In this document: positions 34,144 through 46,224 of the stretch, piece by piece
Position numbering within the stretch: the first letter of the stretch is position 1
How the letters are laid out: every line of letters begins with the position of its first letter
Assembly: GCF_001194135.2 (NCBI RefSeq)
Contig: NC_068996.1
Location: 52,973,544 to 53,028,369 of the forward strand
Direction of reading: 5' to 3'
Source: Octopus bimaculoides
Taxonomy: Eukaryota
Length of the DNA stretch: 54,826 nt
Made by a program: the position numbers and the translations under genes
The notes under the pieces: model-generated
What the model was told of the DNA's origin: nothing
Database searches by the model: none
The model's input: only the letters and a program-made list of their open reading frames with translations

Positions 34144-34648
34144 ACTTATATTTCATGTACAACAACTTTTCATTTACTTCCTTAAACCAGCTTCTTAGCT
34201 TCAATGAAACAAAGTGGAGCAATGGTATCCTGAATAACAAGTAACTAGCTTAACTGGTGTGTGTGTGTGCGTGTGTGTGTGTGTGTGCGTGTGTTTGTGT
34301 GTGTGTGTGTGCGTGTGTGTGTGTGTGCGTGTGTTTGTGTGTGTGTGTGTGTGTGTGTAGTGTGTAGTGTGTGTGTCTGTGCGCTCATTTTATTTCAATG
34401 AGTATTAAACAGAATCGTTCTATTGATTTGATGAGAATCAACGCACAATATCATAATATTATTGATCTCACAAACCATGCAAATACATTTCAGATGTTAA
34501 AAAACGATGAGAATTTCTAAGTTTACGTCTCTGTGGTTTGCATAGAAACTAAAAACTTACGAAAAGTGTTGAGTATTTCATTCCTTTAATGACAGAATTA
34601 TTTTGGTAAAAAATATTTTAATTTATATCATAAGTAATTTCCTTCTTC

Positions 34649-35127
34649 TATCTTTTATCTTTTACTTGTTTCAGTCATTGGACTGTGGCCATGCTGGGGC
34701 ACCACCTTGAAGTGTTTTAGTTGAACAAATCAATCCCAGTATATCTTTTATCTTTTACTTGTTTCACTCATCGGACTGTGGCCATGCTGGGGCACCAACT
34801 CGAAGGGTTCTAGTTGAACAAATCAATCCCAGTATATCTTTTATCTTTTACTTGTTTCACTCATTGCACTGTGGCCATGCTGGGGCACCACCTTGAAGGG
34901 TTTTTGTTGAACAAATCAATCCCAGTATATCTTTTATCTTTTACTTGTTTCACTCATTGAACTGTGGCCATGCTGGGGCACCAACTCGAAGGGTTTTAGT
35001 TGAACAAATCAATCCCAGTATATCTTTTATCTTTTACTTGTTTCAGTCATTGGACTGTGGCCATGCTGGGGCACCACCTTGAAGGATTTTAGTTGAACAA
35101 ATCAATCCCAGTATATCTTTTATCTTT
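34649..35127 (-). repeat. Tandem array of five 93-bp units derived from the SINE-A 3' end
   Basis: Units start at 34649, 34742, 34835, 34928 and 35021, plus a 14-nt partial unit. Each is the reverse complement of the SINE tail ...gaaggtggtgccccagcatggccacagtccaatgactgaaacaagtaaaagataaaagata. Confidence 0.9.
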
Positions 35128-35684
35128 CATCTTTTACAATGACCCTCCCAAGGCACAACAATATTTGTTCCAACACCTGAGCTCACATCAAGAATCTTAC
35201 AAACCAAGTACAAAAACAAAATGAGTGTGAAATTCTTACTTTACCAAAATAGGTAAGACAGGTATGCTGGAATGTCTTTGATTTTCATTCTGCTCGATCA
35301 TAGTTGACTAAACAAGAATAACAATAACGCCACAGGTAAATAAATTTATAGGTTGATTATCTTTTTGTCTCGTTGATTTTCTTTTTTACCCTAAACAGCT
35401 ATTTCATGCCTTATGTCTCATACATACAATTATTTGGATACTACATTAAAAAAAAAAAACACTTACCACATTATTCCTCAGACATAGCTGTACAACATGT
35501 GCTCACATAATTCATCAAGTCAATGATGATTTTTACCAATCCTGCCATATCTCACCTCCCTACCTCCCTACTTCTCTGTGACAAGTCATGTAAAGGGGTA
35601 TCAAACTGCAGACTGTGCAAATCAGCATTTTGGCATCAAGACAGCACTTCTTGAATGTCTACATAGAGAAATGAAAATATTTTG

Positions 35685-35910
35685 GAGACAAGTGAAATCG
35701 AAATCGATTTAATTTCGACGACTGGCACCCATGCCAACGCCGTCTCCCTCAATGGACACGAAACTCAGCNNNNNNNNNNNNNNNNNNNNNNNNNNNNNNN
35801 NNNNNNNNNNNNNNNNNNNNNNNNNNNNNNNNNNNNNNNNNNNNNNNNNNNNNNNNNNNNNNNNNNNNNTGGAGCGAGACCGTTGCCAGTGCCCCTGTAC
35901 TGGCTCTTGT
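35685..35910 (+). mobile_element. RTE 3'UTR fragment spanning a gap
   Basis: aagtgaaatcgaaatcga...ggcacccatgccaac matches 45550-45610 and the reverse complement of 2560-2690. Confidence 0.7.
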
Positions 35911-36337
35911 GTGGGGCCGTCGTAGGATTTTGTCAATGTAAGTGACTTAACCGCTCCCCGAAATTGCTAGTCTGGTGCCAAACTTTGAAACCAATATTAG
36001 TCAGATCTTCAACATACTCGATCCTCTGTGAGAAATATTTCCAATTCCAAAAAAAGATTTATATTATATCATCATAGTCTTTAAAAAGGCATTTGTTAAA
36101 GAATGGAATTGGTGTTCTATGAGCCACAAAGAAAAAATTCAACATGGAACCAAAGCAAGCTTGTACTATTGAACAATATTCTTTGATGCCAAAACAATAA
36201 AGTACTTCACCCAAACTCTGACACACAACTGCAGCAGATGAAGAAAACTGGTAGACATTTTATCACAGCAGAACCCTTGTGACTCTTATCAGTAATTGAG
36301 GACTAAAGGCAAAACAAAAACATATATACGCATACAT

Positions 36338-36735
36338 AGGCACTGGTGTGGCTGTGTGGTAAGAAGTTTGCTTCTCAACCACATGGTTCTAGGTTCAATT
36401 CCACTGAGTGGTACCTTGAGCAAGTGTCTTCTATACCCCAGACCAACCAAAGTCTTGTGAGTGAATTTAGTAGATGGAAACTGGAAAAAGGTTGTCTTGT
36501 ATGTGTATATATCTATATATGAGTGTCTTTGCATTTGTGTTTATCACCCACCACCACCACATGACACTAGTGCTGGTTTGCTCACGTCCACATGACTTAG
36601 TAGTTTGACAAAAGAGATCGATAGGATAAGTATCAGACTTATTCTGGGTACTTGGGTTGATTTGTTCAACTAAATCTTTCATGATGGTGCCCCAGAATAA
36701 CCATAATTCAATGACTGAAACAAGTAAAAAATAAA
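36338..36735 (+). mobile_element. SINE family A
   Basis: Head tggctgtgtggtaagaag..ggttcaattccactg and tail atgactgaaacaagtaaaa. Confidence 0.8.
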
Positions 36736-37097
36736 AGGTGCCTTTACATACATACACGCATACACACACACATATATAACATACATACACACACATACAT
36801 AACATGCATATCATGCAATCAACCAGACTATCTGATATTGTTATACATCACTGGTCACAATGCACTTTGCATCATTTTTTAGCTTTCAAATGATGCTACC
36901 CCACTGGCTAGGTGAGCAGGCTAGAATTCCCCTTGAACTGAAGGCTATTCGCTCACAGGGTGACCCATTTTACACCTGAGTGGACTGCAGCAACATGAAA
37001 TGAAGTGTTTTACTCAAGAATACAATGTACAATCGGTCCAGGAACTGAACCTGTGATTTAGTGGTTGTGAGGGCAACATCTTAACCACTGGGCCATG

Positions 37098-37285
37098 CAC
37101 GTAAAAGCACCCACTACACTCTCGGAGTGGTTGGCATTAGGAAGGGCATCCAGCTGTAGAAACTCTGCCAGATCAGATTGGAGCTGGTACAGTCACTGGC
37201 TTTCCAGACCTCAGTCAAATCGTCCAACTCGTGCTAGCATGGAAAGTGGATGTTAAACGACGACGATGATGATGATGATGATGAA
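37098..37285 (+). mobile_element. Short RTE 3' end
   Basis: cacgtaaaagcacccactacactctcggagtgg...gttaaacgacgacgatgat. Confidence 0.8.
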
Positions 37286-37745
37286 TAACCATAGAAAATC
37301 TAAATTTTCTGCAAGATTGCCAATTATCTTAAAACTGTTGTCTGCTGACAGGATCCATTTTGCTTGAATGCCAAAAATGTGTAGGCTCCAAATGGTTGCT
37401 TACCTGCTAGAAATAGCTGCCAATTCACTTTTAAATCATAACTCTCTTAGGAAAGAAAACCATTGATGGTATGGCACTGGATGGTCAGTGTCATGGCTGA
37501 AATAAAATGATAATGATTAGTGCTCAGGTGCACTACAACTCATCAAAGGTGGTACAGTAGATAGAATTATGTAGAAAAATCAGGAAAGGGAACAGTGTAT
37601 GAGTCATGATATACAGGTGTGCATGCGTATGGAGGTGGGGGGCAGATATCAGGTGTAGTATTGGCGAATTTCAGGAAGTATGGAGGTTTTAAAGGATGCA
37701 ATGTTGCAGCAACTTGATTTGTGGTGTATTATTAGGCCTTCTTGT

Positions 37746-38106
37746 GTGGAGGCACAATGGCCCAGTGGTTAGGGCAGTGGACTCGCGGTTTTGATTCCCA
37801 GACCGGGCGTCGTGAGTGTTTATTGAGCGAAAACACCTAAAAGCTCCACGAGGCTCCAGCAGGGGATGGTGGCGAACCCTGCTGTACTCTTTCACCAAAA
37901 CTTTCTCTCCCTCTTACTTCCTGTTTTTGAAAGGGCCAGCTTTGTCGCACTCTGTGTCATGCTGAATCTCCCCGAGAACTACGTTAAGGGTACACGTGTC
38001 TGTGGAGTGGTCAGCCACTTGCACATTAATTTCACGAGCAGGCTGTTCCATTGATCGGATCAACTGGAACCCTCGAAGTCGTAAGCGACAGAGTGCCAAC
38101 AACAAC
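37746..38106 (+). mobile_element. SINE family B with a 15-bp target-site duplication
   Basis: ATTAGGCCTTCTTGT at 37731-37745 and 38107-38121, A box tggcccagtgg, (caa)n tail. Confidence 0.9.
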
Positions 38107-38659
38107 ATTAGGCCTTCTTGTAGCATTCCAGAATGATTTTTTTTCTTTTATGTAAAACACTATCATGTGTGAAAGTCTGTGTTCTTGCAACTAATCAGTC
38201 ACTATTTATTTTTTGTGGAAACTGAACTCTTCATTCAAATCAGAAAAAAAATAAGTGATGTCCAAGTTAAATACTGAACATCATTGGGTTCTGTTAGGAT
38301 TTCTCTTATTGTCCAGGCTTTATTATAATAGAAAAGAACTGTTTCAATAAAGGCATTGAAAATATATTTAAATTCTATTACACAACACATTCACCAATTA
38401 TAAAGTCCAAGATTTTGTTTTTTGTAACTTACATTGTTTTAACTCTTTAGGATTCACAGATTATTTTGTCAAATATAATGCTTATTTATTGAAACGGTTT
38501 TGAATCAATCAAGCATTATGTCATAGGTTTGAGATTTTGATGATGTGAAATATTTGGATCAGACAATTTAAATTTTAAAGGTTGGATTAATGTCTATCAT
38601 AAAGACTTCCAAATCTTTCCACAAAACTGGATCATGCTTTTTCTTCTTATGCTGTTATA

Positions 38660-38935
38660 TTATGGTAATGATAATGGTATTGATGGTGGTGGTGGTGGTG
38701 ACAGTGGCATTTGTGGAGGCGGCAGTGACGGTGGCCATGGCAGCAGTGGCAGTGGTCATGGCAGTTGTGGTGGTGGTCACAGCAACAGTAGCAACAGCAG
38801 TGGTGGTGGTAAGGGTGGGGTGAGGGTGGCGGTGGTGGTGGCAGTGATGGTAGTGGTAGTGGTGGTGTGTGTGTGTGGTGATGATGGTGGTGGTGTTGAT
38901 GGTCGTGGTGGTAATGGTGACAATAAGAGAGGAGG
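38660..38935 (+). repeat. Compound (GGT)n/(GCAGTG)n-like low-complexity tract
   Basis: Runs of ggt, gat and gca triplets. These explain the poly-V/G/H/T ORFs in the track. Confidence 0.85.
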
Positions 38936-39714
38936 GGCGGAGGAGTAGGCAAAGGTGGATTAGGTGGAGGAAGAGTAGACAGAGGAGGAGTAGGCAGAGG
39001 AGGCGAGGGAGTACAATGACGATGATTGTGAATCTAATGAAATATAATTCTTCTACGTATATAATCATACACAGCTAATTGGTCTTAATCCATTTTTACA
39101 CACATCTTAGTTCATTAAAGACAGTCTAAACAAATCTGTGTTTTGTGGTCCGACATTGATATTTGTATAGGACAAAAAAAAAAATCACTAGAGTTATTTT
39201 CAGATAAGGTGACAATACGTTTATTTTTTATTTTTATTAGCATCCATTGTCATGAGCAAACACCAAAGACCAAAGATGAGAATTGGTAGACATTGCGTTT
39301 ATTTATTTAGCTGTTAACTTTTCAATTGATTTCATTGGGAATCGATAAAGGAGAATAAAGTTTTGTCATGATTAATGATTTTTTTTTGTTTAAGATGTTC
39401 TTTCTTTCTTTATTTATCTAATTATTGTAGTGGCCTGATAGAAAATTAAATAAAACGCATACAAAAACATTTGTATGTAAACATTGCTGCATATAAACAT
39501 GAGTGTGGGGGGGAGGGAAACATACACACATGCATACACACACACATCATCCTCATCGTTGTCGTCGTCATCATAATCTTAACATCCATGTTTCATGCTT
39601 GCATAGGTTGGATGGAGTTTATTGAGGCAAATTTTCTACAGCCAGATGCCTTTCCTATCACCAACTCTTACCTATTTCCTTGTAAGGTAATATTTCCTCA
39701 TGACCAGAGAGTGT

Positions 39715-41420
39715 TCTTACAGAATATCGGAAATGGATGAGTTTTCCTCTTCCAAAGACGAAGCTAGTGAACAAGAGTACAAAGACGATAACGAAGATCA
39801 AGAAATTACTTCACAATTCCGAGACCTCTCTTATAGTACCAAAAAACCATTTTAGCCAAACAGAACTGAATGATTTAGGACTCTCCAAGACTGCAGCTGA
39901 AGTCTCACTGTCTACTTGACCAGACTACAAAAGTTTCTTGTTTTTGAAAACAAAACCAGATTTTTGTGTCATTTTTTTTTTGTCAGAAGAGAAACACTTT
40001 GTTTCCTACCACGATATTCCCAGTCTTCTTCAAGAATTAGGAATCCTCTTGTATAATTCAACCGACTGGTGACTGTTTCTAAATTGTTCAAAGTGCATTC
40101 TCATGTTTATGGAGCTGTCCCAGCTGGTCACTCAGTGCATTTGCAAGAAGAATACAATGGCAAAAGAAANNNNNNNNNNNNNNNNNNNNNNNNNNNNNNN
40201 NNNNNNNNNNNNNNNNNNNNNNNNNNNNNNNNNNNNNNNNNNNNNNNNNNNNNNNNNNNNNNNNNNNNNNNNNNNNNNNNNNNNNNNNNNNNNNNNNNNN
40301 NNNNNNNNNNNNNNNNNNNNNNNNNNNNNNNNNNNNNNNNNNNNNNNNNNNNNNNNNNNNNNNNNNNNNNNNNNNNNNNNNNNNNNNNNNNNNNNNNNNN
40401 NNNNNNNNNNNNNNNNNNNNNNNNNNNNNNNNNNNNNNNNNNNNNNNNNNNNNNNNNNNNNNNNNNNNNNNNNNNNNNNNNNNNNNNNNNNNNNNNNNNN
40501 NNNNNNNNNNNNNNNTGATCAAGCAATTCACTGAGGCATAGCATACTGATGCTGAATGTTTTCAACATATAGTCTCTGCATTTCTTGGCTTGTCATTTGA
40601 GCAGATCAAAGCAGATGTGTTTAACAGAGCTCAGATTCGTGCCCTTGTACATGATGAAGAATTTGTTGGAAAGAGGGAATGACAAGGAAAGAGTAGCATG
40701 GCTGTCATTCCATACAATAATAAAATTTTTCTTGGAAACAGAAAAGCAGATGACTATGAAATTCTTGTAAATAATATTCTGTTAGCTTTCCATGGACTTG
40801 GGGTGTAAGATGAGCATTAAACTCCATTTCCTGCATAGTCTCTCCAATTAATTCCCCCCAAATCCTGGAGAAGTGATGAACAAGAAGAGTGCTTCCACCA
40901 ACACCTCAGGACCATGGAAGAGCATTAACAAAAGCAATGGGACAAAAACAAGATGGCAGACTACTGTTGGAGCATTAAACAAGATTTCCCTGAGAAAGTC
41001 TTCAAATGCAAGAACTCCCAGTGCAAATTCTTGCCTGAATAAAATCTATTTGTGTTTTATCTTTCATCCAAATCAGTTTCTCAGCTATGTACACCTATCA
41101 TTTGTATATAATATATATTTTTTCAACTGAAAAGCAGATGGTGATAACATTTATTTTACTCAGCATCGGAATAAGAAATATGTTTATAGCTAATTCTTAT
41201 TGTGGTAACTCATATATATGAATAAGAAATATTATTTTTATAGCTAATTCTTATTGTGGTCTAGTAACTCATATATATGAATAAAGTTAGAATCTCAAGG
41301 CATAGATATTCGTTCTTTTCCATCTGGTTTGAAGATGGTACAACTATAAAATTATCAGATAGATTACATCATATCTCAAGAAATATTCAAAATTTGGAAA
41401 ATATAAAAATTCTTTAATTG
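39715..41420 (+). mobile_element. Decayed DNA transposon, probably Chapaev3-like (CMC group), spanning a gap
   Basis: Frame-broken peptides include HFSQTELNDLGLSK, VPAGHSVHLQEEY, IKQFTEA, LSFEQIKADVFNRAQIRAL, ERVAWLSF..LGN, GCKMSIKLHFLHS and MADYCWSIK. This motif order matches my recollection of Chapaev3 transposases; the family name is unverified. Confidence 0.6.
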
Positions 41421-41447
41421 CAGAGCTTACAGAGAAAAACTAACTTC

Positions 41448-41535
41448 ATCATCATCATCGTTTAACGTCCGCTTTCCATGCTAGCATGAGTTGGACAATT
41501 TGACTGAGGACTGGCAAGCCAGAAGGCTGCACCAT
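41448..41535 (-). mobile_element. Very short RTE 3' end
   Basis: catcatcatcgtttaacgtccgctttccatgctagcatg. Confidence 0.75.
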
Positions 41536-43124
41536 AATCAGATTAGGTAATACCAATTGTTGGTATCAATGCAACAAAAATTCTGTTGGCCAGTGTAATT
41601 ATTGGTATAAATGTGAATTTATAACCTTAATATAGAAGCTGGAGTTTTCAAAGTCTGTAGTAATCCTCTTACATTTTGATTTTCAAAGTGATATTCACAT
41701 CAGCAGGATGGCTGACTTTAATGATGGAGCATGCTTTTTCTTGTTTATCTCAAACAACAATATCCGGCCTGTTATTCTTACACTTGACAAATGTTTTCAT
41801 GACAATGTCCCACCATTATTCCTTGTGCTGATGTTTAATATGTATTCAGTAAGAGGGAGATATTCTATATTTATCCCAGGACATTCATTTCTTTTTGGAT
41901 GGCATTATGCAAGTATGTATGTGCCTGTGTATTGACATATATATGTATTTATGCATTTATATATATGTATATATATGCATATGTGTATATGTGTGCACAT
42001 ATGTGTGTTTGTGTACATGTCCCTTAACAAGAAAGTTTAACAGTTATTTTGTTGCCACCAGCAGTGCTCTCTTATTTTAAGCCATTAGCTATAAACACCA
42101 TTCCATAAACTTTGTCCCACATACTACACTTGTCCATTGTATATCTAATAGGTAAACTGAACTGTTCTTTGTTGGTGAAATGTATGTCTTGAGCTGTTAA
42201 TACTATTCCATAACTTTTACTAAAACTTTCATAAATTTTACTAGAATTTCAATTTCACTTCAATCTTTAACTTCAATCTTCAACTTCAATGTAAAGACAA
42301 GGTCAAGATGATTAGGGATGGAGATGGATGCTGCGGATAACCCAGATGTCTTACTTACCTCATGTTGCTCTCTGCGCTTGACTGTGTGTTGCTGCTGCCA
42401 CTGCTTTCCCCTCTGTTGAACCATGTAGGTTTCTTCTGCAGACTCTGCTAGATCCAGTCGTCACATGCATAGATAGGTCAGTGTTAATATGCTAAAGAAC
42501 TCCACTCTTTGATTCGCTGTCAAGGTTGACTCCCCTGGCCTTTTCTTTCTCAAAGCACTAACAAGGCAGTGAAGATTTGTGCTTGAAATTTATTCCATAA
42601 CATGCTAATTAACCCATAGCTGGGACCTTAATAAGTGCTACCATCTTGGATCAGAGTAGAACTGAGAATAATAGAGGCTTAGAGATAGCTCTACACTCTT
42701 CAGAACCCTGAAACTTCTGAATCAGGACCCCACTGCCAGATGCAGTCAGTTTAAAGTCATACCCAAGACCCTAATTTTACTAAATTTAAGTTGAAGGGTG
42801 AATTACTCCTTTTTTTTTTTTTTCAGATTTTGTTTGGTTTATATTTCATTTGTGTGAATCTGAGTTTAAATTTTTCTTTGGCTCCCAGGGTTGTATGTCT
42901 TTATTGTAGAATGGTGTTTGGTCAAATAACGTTTTGTCAGATGCTGAAAATAGATACAACTTCAAGAGCTCAAAGCTATACCCATTAAAAAGAAAATTCT
43001 TAAAGAACTCATTAACCTTTAATGCAAAAGTATTGCAAGAGGGAAAAAATCTGAGAAAATAACATTGGAACAACAAAAGGCTCATTCAAAGTTAGATACA
43101 CATAACATTCATCTTACTCTTTAC

Positions 43125-43535
43125 TCTCTCTTTTACTATTTTACTTGTTTCAGTCATTTGACTGCAGCCGTGCTGGAGAACCACCTTTAGTCAAGCAAAT
43201 CGGCCCCAGGTCTTATTCTTTGTAAGCCTAGTACTTATTCTATCAGTCTCTTTTGATAACCTGCTAAGTTACAGAGACGTAAACACACCAGCATCAGTTG
43301 TCAAGCGATGTTGGGGGGAGAAAACAGACACACAAATACACACATACACAAATATATATATACATATATGCGACAGGCTTCTTTCAGTTTCCGTCTACCA
43401 AATCCACTCACAAGGCTTTGATCGGCCCAAGGCTATAGTAGAAGACACTTGCCCAAGGTGCCACACAGTGGGACTGAACCCAGAACCATGTGGTTGGTAA
43501 GCAAGCTACTTACTACACAGCCACTCCTACGCCTA
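43125..43535 (-). mobile_element. SINE family A, full length (young)
   Basis: High similarity to the reverse complement of 51428-51810 across head, core and tail. Confidence 0.85.
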
Positions 43536-44125
43536 TATATCTTGCAATATTTTGAAAGATGAATGTATTGCAAGACACTTGCAATATTCATTGTAGTAAT
43601 AGAACATTTCTATTTGAAACTAAGGACAATAATATAAACATAAACATAAGCTGGCAAATAATAGACAGTTCTACTCTTTGTATAAATGATTCTGAGAAAA
43701 GTACCAATTATGTCATAGAAAAATACAACATAATTTCTCAGCAAATATGAGATGAGATTTTGCAGACAACTGAATAAATTAGTTAAAAAAAAAAATAAAT
43801 AAACAGTCTTAACTGCAAATAAGATAAACTTTCAGTGGCACAACAACAGTTGAAATAACAGTGTAAGCATAACAATGGCTACACCAGCAGAACAGCAAAA
43901 TAAACAACAAATTGGCCAGTGGAAAAGTATGACAATTTAGGGACAATTTCTCACAAAGTATATCAAAAATATTTTTAATTATAGGTAGGACAGCTATTGA
44001 ACCAGCCATTTTGGATGTGTGTGTGTGTTCACACACGTGCGTATGTTCACCCACGTGCGTATGTGTGCGCACATGTGTGTATACACATGGATACACACAC
44101 ATGCACTCATATATATAGCAAAGCA

Positions 44126-44167
<42 letters not shown>

Positions 44168-44569
44168 NNNNNNNNNNNNNNNNNNNNNNNNNNNNNNNNN
44201 NNNNNNNNNNNNNNNNNNNNNNNNNNNNNNNNNNNNNNNNNNNNNNNNNNNNNNNNNNNNNNNNNNNNNNNNNNNNNNNNNNNNNNNNNNNNNNNNNNNN
44301 NNNNNNNNNNNNNNNNNNNNNNNNNNNNNNNNNNNNNNNNNNNNNNNNNNNNNNNNNNNNNNNNNNNNNNNNNNNNNNNNNNNNNNNNNNNNNNNNNNNN
44401 NNNNNNNNNNNNNNNNNNNNNNNNATATACATACATACATACTAGCCAAAGCAAACCTACAGATCAGGAAGAATATATGTATATATATTAAAAATGGGGC
44501 AGCTGGTTTATGGGATTACCCTGAGTTTCATGTCCATAAAAGGTTTAACTTTATGGCATATTGTTAGAC

Positions 44570-45496
44570 CCCAAAACCTAGCTAAAAGAAACACTTTCCT
44601 CACCATAAAAGATCATAAGTTGAACTTTGCCTCTAACCCTAAATGCTGCCTGATCAATCTGGTCAAATCTGAAATCAGTCTGGTGAGCAAAAACATATTG
44701 GGAGATACCAATAACACCATAAAGAGGGCCACCAACCTTTCCCTGTGGCACAGCACCAGCAAAGTGACCACATGGTTCAACACCAGTAAGGGAAGAGGCA
44801 GAGCAAGTTTCACCCAGTTAGATGCAGTTGATTTTTTCCCGTCTGTATCAAAGGACTACTGACCATAGCACTTTCTTTCACTTGGAGCTTCACTAGCATT
44901 AGCAACAGAAATGTAGAAATTATTATGCATGCCAGAAAGACAGTGCGGCGAGCTGGCAGAAACATTAGCACGTCGGGCGAAATGCTTAGCGGTATTTCAT
45001 CTGTCTTTATGTTCTGAGTTCAAATTCTGCCGAGGTCAACTTTGCCTTTCATCCTTTAGGGGTCAATAAATTAAGTACCAGTTGCGTACTAGAGTCACTC
45101 TAATCGACTTAATCCCTTTGTTTGTCCCCTCAATGTTTAGCCCCTTGTGGACAATAAAGAAATAAGAAAGACAGTGCTGTTCAACAAAGGTTCGGCATGG
45201 GTCAAGCAATCCAACCCCACAGGATCCTTTGACGTAGTGATGGGAGCCCACGACAGCGCTGACATAAATGACCTCATAGAGTCGTATATCCTAGATACCC
45301 TTAGGGAAAAGTTTCCCTCTGTCCTCGTTGGCCTCTACAGAGATGATGTCCTGGCCATTTCTAGAGGAGCAAGCAGCCATACAGGCTTAGGAAAGACTTA
45401 ATCAACACGTTTACTTTGATGGGATTAAAGATCACCATAGAGACCAACCTCACAACAGTGGACTTCTTAGACATGAAGCTCGATGTAGCCAGCCCA
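44570..45496 (+). mobile_element. Penelope-like reverse transcriptase remnant interrupted by a SINE
   Basis: TFLTIKDHKLNFASNPKCCLIN...FTQLDAVDFFPSVSK...EIIMHARK | TVLFNKGSAWVK...FDVVMGAHDSADINDL...GLYRDDVL...IKITIETNLTTVDFLDMKL. These are Penelope RT motifs (KDHK, DxxxFYPS, FDVTMG, GLYRDD). Confidence 0.85.
44947..45164 (+). mobile_element. tRNA-derived SINE, family C, with a 13-bp TSD
   Basis: AGAAAGACAGTGC at 44934-44946 and 45165-45177. Head ggcgagctggcagaa..ttagca, B-box-like gagttcaaattc, tail aataaagaaata. Confidence 0.85.
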
Positions 45497-46182
45497 CTTA
45501 TGCGTAACATTCCTTCTTTGGACACTAAACTCCACTTGCGAAGACCTGTTGAGGCAAGTGAAATCGAAATCGAACTAAATTTGTAGACTGGCACCCATGC
45601 CAACATCTCTCCATTGAACACTAAACTTGGCTTGCGAAGACCTGTTGGGGCAAGCNNNNNNNNNNNNNNNNNNNNNNNNNNNNNNNNNNNNNNNNNNNNN
45701 NNNNNNNNNNNNNNNNNNNNNNNNNNNNNNNNNNNNNNNNNNNNNNNNNNNNNNNNNNNNNNNNNNNNNNNNNNNNNNNNNNNNNNNNNNNNNNNNNNNN
45801 NNNNNNNNNNNNNNNNNNNNNNNNNNNNNNNNNNNNNNNNNNNNNNNNNNNNNNNNNNNNNNNNNNNNNNNNNNNNNNNNNNNNNNNNNNNNNNNNNNNN
45901 NNNNNNNNNNNNNNNNNNNNNNNNNNNNNNNNNNNNNNNNNNNNNNNNNNNNNNNNNNNNNNNNNNNNNNNNNNNNNNNNNNNNNNNNNNNNNNNNNNNN
46001 NNNNNNNNNNNNNNNNNNNNNNNNNNNAGGAAGGGCATCCAGCTGTAGAAACTGCCAAATCAGATTGGAGCCTGGTGTAGCCATCTGGTTTCACCAGTCC
46101 TCAGTCAAATCGTCCAACCCATGCTAGCATGGAAAGCGGACGTTAAACGATGATGATGATGATTGATGATGATGATGATGAC

Positions 46183-46220
<38 letters not shown>
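45497..46220 (+). mobile_element. RTE-LINE 3'UTR spanning a gap, with a long (GAT)n tail
   Basis: gcgaagacctgttgaggcaagtgaaatcga before the gap and aggaagggcatccagctgtag...gttaaacgatgat after it. Confidence 0.8.

Positions 46221-46224
<4 letters not shown>

Noticed and set aside
38590-39078. Five overlapping low-complexity ORFs (poly-V, G, T, H)
   Set aside because: These are triplet-repeat tracts open in several frames on both strands, with no splice or domain support.
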